From: an uncultured delta proteobacterium
Lineage (GTDB): Bacteria > Myxococcota_A > UBA9160 > SZUA-336
Direction: 5' to 3'
NCBI GenBank assembly: GCA_963704165.1
Contig: CAVPHD010000004.1
Span: 416,001-480,000, forward strand
DNA: 64,000 nt
The position numbers and the translations under genes are program-made. The stretch's first letter is position 1. Each line of letters begins with the position of its first letter. The notes below the pieces were generated by a model, which worked only from the letters and a program-made list of their open reading frames with translations, had not been told where the DNA came from and did not search any database. This document shows positions 19,179-29,125 of this stretch, piece by piece.

Positions 19179-20191
19179 CGCGGCTGCGTGCCTTCGCACA
19201 GCCCTTCGGTGCGGCCGTCGTGGCGCTCGCGGCGTCGGCGGCGCTGCTCGCGCTGATCGGCGCGGATCCGATCGCGGCCTTCGCCGCGCTCGCGTCCGGG
19301 GCCTTCGGCGACTCGATCGCGCTCGAGAACACCGTCGTGCGTATGGGCCCGCTGCTCCTGGTCGGGCTCGGCGTCGCGATGTCGTTCCGCTGCGGGATCT
19401 GGAACATCGGCGGGGAAGGGCAGCTCTACGTCGGCGCGCTCGCCGCCACCGCTTTCGTGACGCGCGGGCTCGGCCCGGAGGCCGGGGCCGTCGCGGTCCC
19501 GCTCGCGCTGCTCGTCGGCGCCGGGGCCGGCGCGCTCTGGGCCGGGATCGCCGCGGCGCTGCGCGTGCGTCGCGGTGTCTCCGAAGTTCTCTCGACCATC
19601 CTGCTGAACTTCGTCGCCGTCCTCGCCGTCGCGTGGGCCGTTCACGGTCCGCTCCAGGAAGCGAGTGGCGCATATCCGCAGAGCGACGCGTTCCCCGACC
19701 TGGCCCGGCTCGCGATTCTGCCCGGGCTGCGCCGTGTGCACGCCGGGCTCGCGCTCGCCGTCGCGCTGCCGTTCGCCGTCTGGGTCCTGTTGTTCCGCTC
19801 GTCGGCGGGTCTGCGCCTGCGTTCGGTCGGGCTCTCGCCCGAAGCTTCGCGGTACGCGGGCGTGTCACCCGAGCGCGAGACGGTGCGCGTGCTCGTGATC
19901 TCGGGTGCGCTCGCGGGGATCGCGGGCGCGCTCGAAGTCTGCGGCGTCACCGGACGCCTGTTCGAGAACCTCGCCTCGGGCTACGGCTTCACGGCGGTGG
20001 CGGTCGCGCTGCTCGCGCGTCTGAATCCGCTCGGCGTGCTTCCGGCTGCGTTCTTCTTCGCCGCGCTCGCCTCGGGAAGCGGTGCGATGCAGCGCGTGGC
20101 GGCCGTTCCCTCGGTCGCGGTCCAGGTGATCGAGGCGCTCGTGATCTTCCTCTCGGTGAGCTTCGCGATGCCGAAGCGGGGGGCGTCGTGA
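19175..20191 (+). CDS. ABC transporter permease (nucleoside type)
   Basis: WNIGGEGQ, EVLSTILLNF, GYGFTAVAVALLA. Confidence 0.92.
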   Translation: MTRLRAFAQPFGAAVVALAASAALLALIGADPIAAFAALASGAFGDSIALENTVVRMGPLLLVGLGVAMSFRCGIWNIGGEGQLYVGALAATAFVTRGLGPEAGAVAVPLALLVGAGAGALWAGIAAALRVRRGVSEVLSTILLNFVAVLAVAWAVHGPLQEASGAYPQSDAFPDLARLAILPGLRRVHAGLALAVALPFAVWVLLFRSSAGLRLRSVGLSPEASRYAGVSPERETVRVLVISGALAGIAGALEVCGVTGRLFENLASGYGFTAVAVALLARLNPLGVLPAAFFFAALASGSGAMQRVAAVPSVAVQVIEALVIFLSVSFAMPKRGAS

Positions 20192-21072
20192 TCGAGCCCG
20201 CGACGCTCCTGCTTCTGGTCTCGACGCTGCGGCTCGCGACGCCGCTCGCGCTCGCCGCGATGGGAGAGCTGGTGGCCGAGCGCGCGGGCGTGCTCAACAT
20301 CGGCATCGAGGGGATGATGCTCGCCGGCGCGCTCGCGGCGTTCTCGGTCGGCGCCGCGACGGACTCGGTCCTCGCCGGCTGCGTCGCCGGGATCGTCTCC
20401 GGCGTCGCGATGGCCGCGCTCTTCGCGTACTTCGTGCTGCGCCGGAACGCCGATCCGATCGTCTCGGGGACCGCGTTGAACGTGCTCGCGCTCGGGCTGA
20501 CCGGCGTGATCTTTCGCGGCTTGAATCCGCCCGGCAGTGCGCTCGCGCGTGCGCCGCAGGTCGGCGAGCTCGCGTCCGGGATGAACCTGTACCTCGTCGT
20601 CGTGCTCGCACTCGTCGCCGCGGTCGCGCTGGTTCTCGGCCGCACACGCTTCGGGCTCGAGCTCCGCGCCGTCGGCGAGCGCGCCGAGGCGGCGCACGTG
20701 CAGGGCGTGAACGTCCTGCGGCTGCGCTGGCTGGCCGTGCTCTTCGGCGGCGCGTGCGCCGGTCTCGCCGGCTCGTCGCTCGTGCTCTGGATCTCGGACA
20801 CGTTCGTCGAGGGCATGACGAGCGGACGCGGCTTCATCGCGCTCTCGCTCGTACTCTTCGGCGGCTACCGGCCGCTGCGCATCCTGGCGGGCGCGCTCCT
20901 CTTCGGCGCCGCGAACGCGCTGCAGTACCGCCTGCAGGCCTCCGGCTCGGCCATTCCCTACAACCTGTTGCTGATGACGCCGTACCTGCTGACGCTGCTC
21001 GTGCTCGCGCTCTTCGCCGGCCGCGTGCGCGCGCCCGCGGATCTCGCGCGGCCGTTCAGATCCCGCGAGTGA
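20188..21072 (+). CDS. ABC transporter permease (nucleoside type)
   Basis: ERAGVLNIGIEGMM, GRGFIAL, PYLLTL; GTGA overlap with the upstream gene. Confidence 0.92.
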   Translation: MIEPATLLLLVSTLRLATPLALAAMGELVAERAGVLNIGIEGMMLAGALAAFSVGAATDSVLAGCVAGIVSGVAMAALFAYFVLRRNADPIVSGTALNVLALGLTGVIFRGLNPPGSALARAPQVGELASGMNLYLVVVLALVAAVALVLGRTRFGLELRAVGERAEAAHVQGVNVLRLRWLAVLFGGACAGLAGSSLVLWISDTFVEGMTSGRGFIALSLVLFGGYRPLRILAGALLFGAANALQYRLQASGSAIPYNLLLMTPYLLTLLVLALFAGRVRAPADLARPFRSRE

Positions 21073-21074
21073 CT

Positions 21075-22958
21075 CTAGGTGTAGTCGGCGAGTGCCGTTC
21101 GAAGTCGGAAGAGACTGTCGCGGAGCCCGCCCTCGCGGCTGCGCTCTCGCCAGCACGCGGCCTGCTCGACGACGAGCGGCTCGAGATCGGCGCGAAGCTC
21201 GGATGCCGGGGGTCCGCCCGAGCTCGTCGCGTGCATCAATCGCAGCGCGCCGTGTCGCGCGAGCGCGGCGGCCTGCCGGAGCTCACGCGCGCAGATCTCG
21301 CCGCCGAAGCCCGCCGGTCGGGCGCGCACCAGTGACTCGCCGAGAGCGCGAAGCTCGTCGGCGATCGCTTCGAGACGCGGGCCACTGGTCTCGCCCCAGG
21401 TCAGCGCGGGCGCGCGGCCGAGCGGCGTGAAGAGCGCCGTCGCCAGCGGACTCGAGTTCAGCACGTCGAGGCCCGTCTCGGCGCCAATCTCGCCGAGCCG
21501 GACGAGAGCTGCGCCGATCACGCGCTCGCGATCGCGGAGCACGAGCACGTCGAGCGCGCGCTCGAGGTCGAGATCGCTCTGGCTCGCGAGACACCAGCTC
21601 GAGGCCGCGCCGTACGCGAGCGCGGGCAGGCTGACGACCGGCGGCTGCAGGTGGCCGCGGTCGCCCCAGTCGGTGATCAAGACGCCGTCGGCACCGCCGC
21701 CGACTCCCATCTCGACCGCGTCGCGCAGGTTCGCGAGCGCGTTCGGCAGTCGGCCGAGCAGCGAGAGCCAGCTCGACGTGCCGGGACAGACGCGAAACGG
21801 GACGCGCGCGCGCGCGTAGGGTCCGGCGAGCGTCGCGAATCCGCGCACGCCCTCGAGGTCGATCCCCACGCCGCTCAAGACCTCGCGCACCGAAGCGCCG
21901 AGCGTCGCGGGGTCGCGCGGTGCCTCGTAGCCCCAGGCCAGCGCGACGGTCCGTTCGCGCGGGAGATCGCCGATCAGCTCCGGATGCTGCACGACGATGT
22001 CGCCCCAGAACTGCACGTCGCGGTCGTCGGCGTGCAGTCCGCGCATCAGCTCGAGCAGGTAGTCGAGGTAGACGCGTCCCTTGCCGCGCGCCTCGCACGC
22101 ACCGCGGCTCCTTCCGCGTCCGAGCTCGAACGTCTCGTCGCAGCCGATGTTCACGCTCCGGCTCGTGAAGTTCGGCAGCAGCTCCGCGTAGAGCGAGCGC
22201 ATGAACGCGACGCTCTCCGCGGCGGGCGCGAGACACGCGGCGGTCGGAGAGTGGCCATCGAGCTCGGCGAGCGGGCGATACTCCGGGTGTCGGAGCCAGC
22301 GCTCCATGTGGCCGAAGCTGTTCTGATTGGGCACGAGCTCGATGCCGCGTTCGGCGCAGGCGGCGTCGAGACAGCGGATCTCGAGCGGCGTGAGCGGAGA
22401 AGCGTCGCGCCAGACGCGCTCGTGGGCCGCGTACGCAAAGGTGTGTTCGGTGTAGAGCTGAAGCTCGTTCAGCCGCAGCTCCTCGAGCAGATCGAGAAGC
22501 TCGAAGAGCGTTCCCATCGTCGGTACGCGGTCGCGGCTGACGTCGAGCATGTAGCCGCGCACGCGAAGGTCGGGCCAGTCGCGGATGCGCAGGAGCGGGA
22601 GCTCCCTCCCCGATTGAAGAACGATCTGCGACAGCAGGCCCGCGCCCCAGTTGAGCCCGCGCCGATCGCGCGCGCGAAGCGCGATACCGTTCGCCGCGAT
22701 CTCGAGCGAGAAGCCCTCGTCGGGCAACGCGGACGCGGGGTCGATCGCGAGCTCGATCGCGGGTGCATCACCGGCCGGCGCAATCGCCGGCAGTCGGGCA
22801 TCGCGGCCGAGGCACGCGAGCAGGCGCGCGCGCGCGCGCTCGGCATCGAGCGGCCGTTCCGCACGGACGTGCACTGCGGGAATCGCGTCGAGCCGCAGGA
22901 CCCCCGACTCGATCCGCAGCTCACGCGGCCGTGGCAAGAACTCGAGCCGACTCGCCAT
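21075..22958 (-). CDS. Glycoside hydrolase family 20 (beta-N-acetylhexosaminidase)
   Basis: RGYMLDVSRDRVP, NSFGH, IGCDE catalytic pair, WGD. Confidence 0.9.
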   Translation of the reverse strand: MASRLEFLPRPRELRIESGVLRLDAIPAVHVRAERPLDAERARARLLACLGRDARLPAIAPAGDAPAIELAIDPASALPDEGFSLEIAANGIALRARDRRGLNWGAGLLSQIVLQSGRELPLLRIRDWPDLRVRGYMLDVSRDRVPTMGTLFELLDLLEELRLNELQLYTEHTFAYAAHERVWRDASPLTPLEIRCLDAACAERGIELVPNQNSFGHMERWLRHPEYRPLAELDGHSPTAACLAPAAESVAFMRSLYAELLPNFTSRSVNIGCDETFELGRGRSRGACEARGKGRVYLDYLLELMRGLHADDRDVQFWGDIVVQHPELIGDLPRERTVALAWGYEAPRDPATLGASVREVLSGVGIDLEGVRGFATLAGPYARARVPFRVCPGTSSWLSLLGRLPNALANLRDAVEMGVGGGADGVLITDWGDRGHLQPPVVSLPALAYGAASSWCLASQSDLDLERALDVLVLRDRERVIGAALVRLGEIGAETGLDVLNSSPLATALFTPLGRAPALTWGETSGPRLEAIADELRALGESLVRARPAGFGGEICARELRQAAALARHGALRLMHATSSGGPPASELRADLEPLVVEQAACWRERSREGGLRDSLFRLRTALADYT

Positions 22959-22993
22959 TCTCCGATTCCCCCCTGCTCGAGCTACGAGTTAGC

Positions 22994-23665
22994 ATGAGCG
23001 GGCACGAAGGAGGAGACGCCCATGCCCGGTCCATTCCGTCGCGGACGGCTCGATTGAGGCTCGCGGCTCCGCTCCTTCTCGCTCTCGGCATTGCGATGTC
23101 CGCGGGTGCCGAATCGCTCTACGAGGCGCCCGCGCCCGGGAGCTACGAGCTTCCGCCGATCTCGACGGTTCGCGAGCACGTGCTCGTCGACGCGGACGGC
23201 GCTCGCGTCGGCTTCCCGCAGCTCGCGAAGGGGCAGGTGGCGCTCGTCGCGTTCATCTTCCGCGGCTGTCACGAGGCACAGGGCTGTCCGGCCTCGCTCG
23301 CGCTGCTCCGCGAGCTCGACCGCGGGCTCGAAGCCGCGCCGGAACGCGCCGCGCGCGTGCGGCTCGCCTGCGTGAGCTTCGACCCGGCGAACGACACGCC
23401 CGAGCGGATGAGCGAGCTGCGCGACATGATGGATCCGAAGACGGACTGGGGTTTCTTCGCGCCCGCCGGCGAAGTGGATCTCACCGCGCTGCTCGACGAC
23501 TACGGCCAGGACGCGACCCCGCTCGAGAACGGTGGCTTCCGCCACGTGCTGAAGATCTTCCTCATCGACGATCAGCTTCGTGTCCGGAACGTGTACTCCG
23601 CCGGACTGCTGAATCCGAAGCTCGTGCTCGCCGACATCGACACGCTCGCGAAGAGCGCGAAGTAG
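22994..23665 (+). CDS. SCO1/SenC-family copper chaperone (start uncertain)
   Basis: CHEAQGCP, SFDPANDTP, His in FRHVLKIFLID; signal peptide. Confidence 0.82.
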   Translation: MSGHEGGDAHARSIPSRTARLRLAAPLLLALGIAMSAGAESLYEAPAPGSYELPPISTVREHVLVDADGARVGFPQLAKGQVALVAFIFRGCHEAQGCPASLALLRELDRGLEAAPERAARVRLACVSFDPANDTPERMSELRDMMDPKTDWGFFAPAGEVDLTALLDDYGQDATPLENGGFRHVLKIFLIDDQLRVRNVYSAGLLNPKLVLADIDTLAKSAK

Positions 23666-23666
23666 A

Positions 23667-24815
23667 TCAGTCGCGCGAAGCGAGGATTCGCTCGAAGATC
23701 GCGCTCGCGGCTTCGACCTGATCGATCTCGACCCACTCGCGCGACGTGTGCGCCTGATCGATCGAGCCGGGACCGAAGACCACACCCGGGATGCCGTGGG
23801 CGCCGAACACACCGGCGTCGGTACCGAATCCGACACTGCCCGGCGTCGGGTCGAGCGCCGCGACCCGCAGCGCCGCCTGCACCGACTGCACCGACGGATC
23901 ATCGTCGGGCGTGGCCAGCGCCGCCTTCTCGAGCGAGCACCACTCCACGCGGACGCCGTCGAGCGAGTGCTTGGCGAGAAGGCCCTCGAGCTCGGCGCGC
24001 ACGCTGACGTCGTTCTCGCCGGGAAGGCAGCGACGGTCGAGCAAGAGCCAGGCGTCGTCGGGCACGACGTTGGTCGCGGTCCCACCGCCGATCCGTCCGA
24101 CGGATAGCGTCGCGGGGCCGAGCAGCGGGTTCGGGCGCTGCGCGAGCTCCGCGGCGAGCTCCTCGAGCGCGATCACCGTGCGACAGAGCGCGAGCACCGC
24201 GCTCCGTCCCCGAGCCGGATCGGAGCTGTGACACGACACACCGCTCGCGCGGATCCGCGCGTGCACGACCCCTTTGTGGCGCGTGACCACGCGGAGCTGC
24301 GTCGGCTCGGTCGCGATCACCCATTCCGGAGGATCGGACCCGAGGTGCGCGATCACGTCGTTCGCGCCGCTGCTGCCGAGCTCCTCGTCGGCTTCGCCGA
24401 CGACGATCAGATTTCGCCGCAGCGTGCCCTGAACGAGCACGCGTTCGAGCGCGGCGACGAGCGCCGCCATTCCGCCCTTCGTGTCGCAGGATCCGCGGCC
24501 GAAGACGCGACCGTCGGCGACGCGTGGATCGAAGGGCGGGATCTCCATGCCGTCGACCGGAACGGTGTCGAGGTGCGAGGCGACGAGCAGGGTGTCTCCG
24601 GCATCGGCGACCCGGGCGTGCGCGACGAGTGACGGTCGTGCCGGATCCCCGACCAGCTCGGCATCGAGGCCGAGTCGGCGCAGCTGCTCGCGTAGATGCT
24701 CCGCGTAGCGGCGTTCGCCGACGATCGCGGGATCCAGATCGTCGCGGCGCATCGGGTTCACCGAGGGGATCGCGATGTACTCGCGAAGATGGCGAATGCA
24801 CGCGCTCTCCCGCAC
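23667..24815 (-). CDS. M20 family (ArgE/DapE-like) deacylase
   Basis: HLDTV, GRGSCDTKG, DEE, EPT, QAHT. Confidence 0.9.
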   Translation of the reverse strand: MRESACIRHLREYIAIPSVNPMRRDDLDPAIVGERRYAEHLREQLRRLGLDAELVGDPARPSLVAHARVADAGDTLLVASHLDTVPVDGMEIPPFDPRVADGRVFGRGSCDTKGGMAALVAALERVLVQGTLRRNLIVVGEADEELGSSGANDVIAHLGSDPPEWVIATEPTQLRVVTRHKGVVHARIRASGVSCHSSDPARGRSAVLALCRTVIALEELAAELAQRPNPLLGPATLSVGRIGGGTATNVVPDDAWLLLDRRCLPGENDVSVRAELEGLLAKHSLDGVRVEWCSLEKAALATPDDDPSVQSVQAALRVAALDPTPGSVGFGTDAGVFGAHGIPGVVFGPGSIDQAHTSREWVEIDQVEAASAIFERILASRD

Positions 24816-24905
24816 GTCCGGAGTCTAGCGCAGCACCCGGACTGCGACTTGACCCGTCGAATCCGGTCTCTAGGAGTTGCAGCAACCCGAAAGGAGGATC
24901 CATTC

Positions 24906-25352
24906 ATGGCGTTGTTCCGCTACGGACCCGATCGAGACCCGGCCAACGCGCTCTACCGCCTGCAGGGCGAGCTCGAGCGCGCGTTCGACAGTCGCTTCGG
25001 TCACGACCTGGGATTGCTCGGTCGCGGCGTGCATCCCGCGTGCAATATGTTCAGGAGCGGCGAGGATGTCGTCCTGCGCATCGAGGTTCCGGGATTCGCA
25101 CCGGAAGACCTCTCGATCACGAGCCAGGGACAGACGCTCGGCGTCAGCGGGAAGACGGCCGCGCGGGCGGAGCCCTCGGGCAGCTATCACCGGCGCGAGC
25201 GTCACGTCGGCGATTTCTCGCGCTCGATCCAGCTCCCGCGCGAGGTCGATCCCGCGCGCGCGACGGCAGAGTGCAAACACGGCGTGCTGACCATCCGCGT
25301 TCCGGCGCGTGACGAGGTCAAGCCCAAGCAGATCAGCATCAGCGGAGGATGA
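24906..25352 (+). CDS. Hsp20 small heat-shock protein
   Basis: AAAGGAGG RBS; EVPG...RRER...FSRSIQLP...HGVLTI. Confidence 0.93.
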   Translation: MALFRYGPDRDPANALYRLQGELERAFDSRFGHDLGLLGRGVHPACNMFRSGEDVVLRIEVPGFAPEDLSITSQGQTLGVSGKTAARAEPSGSYHRRERHVGDFSRSIQLPREVDPARATAECKHGVLTIRVPARDEVKPKQISISGG

Positions 25353-25750
25353 CGGACATGGCGAACATCGAAGACTCGCGCGAGCGGGCGAAGAAGGGAA
25401 GTGACGACCAGCACACGCGTCCCGGTCGGACCTACCAGCCCAACGTGGACATCCTGGAGACGGAGCATGGCTTGCGCCTCTGGGCCGACATGCCGGGCGT
25501 GGATCAGAACTCGATCGACGTCGAGCTGGTCGACGACGTGATCACGCTCCGCGGCCGCGTCTCGACCGCGGACTACGAGAGCCTGACGCCGATCTACAGC
25601 GAGTACAACGTCGGGAACTACGAGGCGCGGTTCCGGCTCTCGAACACGATCGACGGAGCGCGCATCTCGGCGAAGCTCGCGAACGGCGTGCTCGAGGTCG
25701 AGCTTCCGAAGATCGAGGCCGCGAAGCCCCGACGCATCGAGATCAATTAG
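25349..25750 (+). CDS. Hsp20 small heat-shock protein
   Basis: PNVDILE, ADMPGV, ANGVLEVELPK, PRRIEI. Confidence 0.93.
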   Translation: MTDMANIEDSRERAKKGSDDQHTRPGRTYQPNVDILETEHGLRLWADMPGVDQNSIDVELVDDVITLRGRVSTADYESLTPIYSEYNVGNYEARFRLSNTIDGARISAKLANGVLEVELPKIEAAKPRRIEIN

Positions 25751-26685
25751 ATTCCGACCTGCTTCAGGTAGCGCGAGACCCCTTCCTCGACGCTCGCGAA
25801 GGGGAGGTCGCAGCCGGCTCCGCGAAGCGCCGAGATGTCGGCCTGCGTGAAGCTCTGGTAGCTGCCTCGAAGTCCGGGCGGGAAGTCCACGTACTCGATC
25901 CGCCCGCGGCCGTGATGTGCGATCACGGCTCGGGCGACGTCGTTGAAGGTCTGCGCCCGGCCGGTGCCGACGTTGAAGATTCCCGAGACGTCGGGGTGAT
26001 CGAGAAAAAAGAGATTCACCGCGGCGACGTCGTCGACGTACACGAAATCGCGTCGCTGCTCGCCGGGGCCGTAGCCGTCGGAGCTCTCGAAGAGCCGGAC
26101 GACGTCGCCCTCGCGGAGCTGCAGGTGGTTCTTCCACGCGACGCTCGCCATCTCGGCCTTGTGCGCCTCGCGCGGCCCGTAGACGTTGAAGTAGCGCAGG
26201 CCGACGACCTGGCTGCGAGCGCTCGACGCGTGTCTCCGCACCCAGCGGTCGAAGAGCACCTTCGACCAGGCGTACAGGTTGAGGGGCTTCTCGAGCGCCG
26301 GGTCCTCGCGAAAGACCGGACCCATGCCGTAGACCGCGGCCGACGAGGCGTAGATCAGCGGGATCTCGCGCGCGGTCGCGAACCCGTGGAGCGTCTTCGA
26401 GTACTCGTAGTTGTCGGCCAGCATCGTGCGGCCGTTCCACTCCATGGTGTTGGAGCAGGCGCCCTGGTGGAAGATCGCCTCGACGCCGGAGAGCGTTCGC
26501 GATCCGATCCGGTCGAGAAACGAGTTCTTGTCGGCGAAGTCGAGGAAGTCGCAGTCGGCCAGGTTCCGGAACTTGCGGCCGTCCGCGAGGTCATCGACCA
26601 GGAGCAGATCGCTGCGGCCGCGCGCGTTCAGCGCACGAACCAGATTGCTGCCGATGAACCCGGCCGCGCCCGTGACGACGATCAA
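25747..26685 (-). CDS. hldD: ADP-L-glycero-D-manno-heptose 6-epimerase
   Basis: IVVTGAAGFIGSN, HQGACS, YASSAAVYG, YAWSK, YFNVYGPRE, YQSFTQAD; probable TTG start at 26685. Confidence 0.95.
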   Translation of the reverse strand: MIVVTGAAGFIGSNLVRALNARGRSDLLLVDDLADGRKFRNLADCDFLDFADKNSFLDRIGSRTLSGVEAIFHQGACSNTMEWNGRTMLADNYEYSKTLHGFATAREIPLIYASSAAVYGMGPVFREDPALEKPLNLYAWSKVLFDRWVRRHASSARSQVVGLRYFNVYGPREAHKAEMASVAWKNHLQLREGDVVRLFESSDGYGPGEQRRDFVYVDDVAAVNLFFLDHPDVSGIFNVGTGRAQTFNDVARAVIAHHGRGRIEYVDFPPGLRGSYQSFTQADISALRGAGCDLPFASVEEGVSRYLKQVGI

Positions 26686-26725
26686 GCTCGACTCCCGTTG
26701 CGATCTGCCGGTATCCTGCCGCGCC

Positions 26726-27571
26726 GTGAAGGACGCCGCCACCGATCTCGAGCTCGAGCGCTACCGCCGTGACGGCTATTTCGTGCGCGAGCGCGTCCTC
26801 GGCCGGGCCGACCTCGAGCGCCTGCGCGGCGCGGTCGAGCGCGTGCACCGGTGCGTCGGGGCGGCGGCGGCGGAGCCGGGCGCGGCCGGCGTCGAGCGCA
26901 TCGACGGCAAGCGCTACCAGGATCTGCTCGGCTCGCTCGTGAAGTGGGAATGGCAGGAGGAGCGCGCGGACGTGCGCTCGATGGAGCCGTTCCTGCACCT
27001 CGATCCGGAGCTCGAGGCGATCGTCGACGATCCGCGGCTCTGGCGGCCCGCGACCGCTCTCTGCGGCGCGGACGAGCTCGCGCTCTTCACCGACAAGCTG
27101 AACTTCAAGCGCCCGGGCGGGGCGGTCTTTCCCTGGCACCAGGACAGCCCGTATTTCGTCTTCGATTGTCCGCACGTCGATCGGCTGGTGTCGCTGCAGG
27201 TCTACCTGGACGACGCGACGGTCGAGAACGGTTGCCTGTGGATGATCCCCGGCTCGCACGCGCACGGCCGCCTGCCGTGCTTCGAGGATCAGGGCACGCT
27301 CGGCCGCCTCTACACCGATGTGGATCGGGCGCTTCCCGGCGCCGAGTTCGTGCCGATCGAGGCCCCCGCGGGCTCGGTGATCTTCTTCAACGGCGACGTC
27401 GTGCACGGCTCGCGCCGCAACCGCACGCAGGCGAGCCGGCGCGCCTTCGTGCTGACGTATCAGCCGGCCGGGTTCGCGCAGTTCCGCAGGCCCGGCGAGC
27501 GGCGCGTCAGCTTCGCAGCCGGATCAGCCCTTCTTGAACCACCGACGCGACCAGCTCTCCCTCGCGTGTGA
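26726..27571 (+). CDS. Phytanoyl-CoA dioxygenase (PhyH) family Fe/2-oxoglutarate dioxygenase
   Basis: PWHQD, ENGCL...PGSH, HGS..N...R; 3' end overlaps convergent tesB by 65 nt. Confidence 0.88.
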   Translation: MKDAATDLELERYRRDGYFVRERVLGRADLERLRGAVERVHRCVGAAAAEPGAAGVERIDGKRYQDLLGSLVKWEWQEERADVRSMEPFLHLDPELEAIVDDPRLWRPATALCGADELALFTDKLNFKRPGGAVFPWHQDSPYFVFDCPHVDRLVSLQVYLDDATVENGCLWMIPGSHAHGRLPCFEDQGTLGRLYTDVDRALPGAEFVPIEAPAGSVIFFNGDVVHGSRRNRTQASRRAFVLTYQPAGFAQFRRPGERRVSFAAGSALLEPPTRPALPRV

Positions 27572-28364
27572 AGACGCTGCCGCGGTTGAAGCCGCGCGCG
27601 CCCGCGGCGCGCGGGCTGTCCTGCGCGTAGAGCAGCCACGCGTCGGCGCGGAAGGGGCGGTGGAACCACATCGCATGGTCGAGGCTCGCGGTCTGTAGCT
27701 TCTCGCTCCACCACGAAACTCCGTGCGGAAGGGCGCTCGTGTCGAGCAGCGTCAGGTCGGAGGCGTAGGCCAACACACATTGGTGGAGCGCCCGATCGTC
27801 CGGCAGCGTGTCGACGGCGCGGAACCAGACGTTCTGGAACGGCGGTCGCTTCTCGGGCGCGAACTCGTCGATCGGGTCGATCGGCCGAACCTCGATCGGA
27901 CGCTCGCGCAGGAACGTCGCGCGCATCTTCTCGGGAATCCGGTCCGCCTGCTTCTCGCGCAGCTGGACCTCGTTCAAGAGCCCCTCGGGCCCCGGCACGT
28001 CGGGCATCTCGATCTGGTGTTCGAGTCCGGGCTCGTCGATCTGGAACGACGCCGCGAGGTTGAAGATCGCCTTGCCGTGCTGGATCGCGACCACGCGCCG
28101 GGTCGTGAAGCTCTTCCCGTCGCGAATCCGGTCGACGTCGTACAGGATCGGCACCTTCGGATCGCCCGGCCGCAGGAAGTACGCCGAGAACGAGTGCGCC
28201 GCACGCCCCTCGACGGTCCGCCCCGCCGCGACCAGCGCCTGCCCGAGCACCTGCCCGCCGAAGACCCGCTGCCAGCCGTCCTGCGGGCTGCGCCCGCGGA
28301 ACAGATTGACCTCGATCTGCTCGAGATCGAGAAGCTCGATCAGCTGCTGGAGTACCCGCCTCAT
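27507..28364 (-). CDS. tesB: Acyl-CoA thioesterase II
   Basis: VFGGQVLGQAL, RDGKSFTTR, YASD, SLDHAMWFH, QEGLIR. Confidence 0.95.
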   Translation of the reverse strand: MRRVLQQLIELLDLEQIEVNLFRGRSPQDGWQRVFGGQVLGQALVAAGRTVEGRAAHSFSAYFLRPGDPKVPILYDVDRIRDGKSFTTRRVVAIQHGKAIFNLAASFQIDEPGLEHQIEMPDVPGPEGLLNEVQLREKQADRIPEKMRATFLRERPIEVRPIDPIDEFAPEKRPPFQNVWFRAVDTLPDDRALHQCVLAYASDLTLLDTSALPHGVSWWSEKLQTASLDHAMWFHRPFRADAWLLYAQDSPRAAGARGFNRGSVFTREGELVASVVQEGLIRLRS

Positions 28365-28382
28365 CCGGCGAGGTGTTCTAGA

Positions 28383-29078
28383 TCAATCGCGGGCCCTGCG
28401 AAAGCCCAGGGCGACCAGGCCGACGAGCATCGCCGCGCCCAGCGCCCCCGGGCCCGGCTCCGGAACGGTCACGGAGAGGTTCTCGATCGTCCCGTTGACG
28501 TAAACTGTTTCGATGCTGCCGTTCGAGAAGTTCCAGTACATCTCCGCTACCGGGAACGACTCCAAGATCCACGGGACATCGGAGAGGGCAGACGAAGCGA
28601 GCGGCTCTCCGCTCGAGTCGCCAGCGAGCTCGACACCGAAGAGGTCAGGCGCCAGATCCGGTCCCGTCGGCCTGTCGATGACCCACGCTTGCCAGTAGAC
28701 CTGGCTCCAGATTACCTCGTAGTCGATCAGGGTGATCGAGAAGATGCCGAACTCGGGCGCGTCGGGATCGATATACGTCGCGTCGAACACGAAATCCCCG
28801 ACCTCGCTGTGGAACTCGGCCTCACTTGGCGCGAACGCATAACTGGCGTGCCCCGGCTCCTCCCTGATAGGCGGGACCGCGTCGTCGAAGACGAGATACG
28901 CGCTGAACGGCGTTCCAGGCTCGATCGATCCGCCGATCGACCCGATCGGATCCTCCATGGACCCGCTACCCAGTACCGAGTCGACGGTGCCCGAGAAGTC
29001 GACCCGAACCGTGACTGCCTGGGCCATTGGACTCGCGCCGGCAATCAGGAGGGCCGTGACGAGAGCTCGTGCCTGCAT
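28383..29078 (-). CDS. PEP-CTERM sorting-domain protein
   Basis: Signal peptide; C-terminus VPEP + hydrophobic helix + RRARD. Confidence 0.88.
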   Translation of the reverse strand: MQARALVTALLIAGASPMAQAVTVRVDFSGTVDSVLGSGSMEDPIGSIGGSIEPGTPFSAYLVFDDAVPPIREEPGHASYAFAPSEAEFHSEVGDFVFDATYIDPDAPEFGIFSITLIDYEVIWSQVYWQAWVIDRPTGPDLAPDLFGVELAGDSSGEPLASSALSDVPWILESFPVAEMYWNFSNGSIETVYVNGTIENLSVTVPEPGPGALGAAMLVGLVALGFRRARD

Positions 29079-29125
29079 TGGGACAGTCTACACCCATCTG
29101 CGTAGGCTGGGCGAGGGAATTTGCT

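Noticed and set aside
24816..24905. CIRCE or HAIR operator upstream of the Hsp20 pair
   Set aside because: No matching inverted repeat seen; only a TTGACC -35-like hexamer and an SD.
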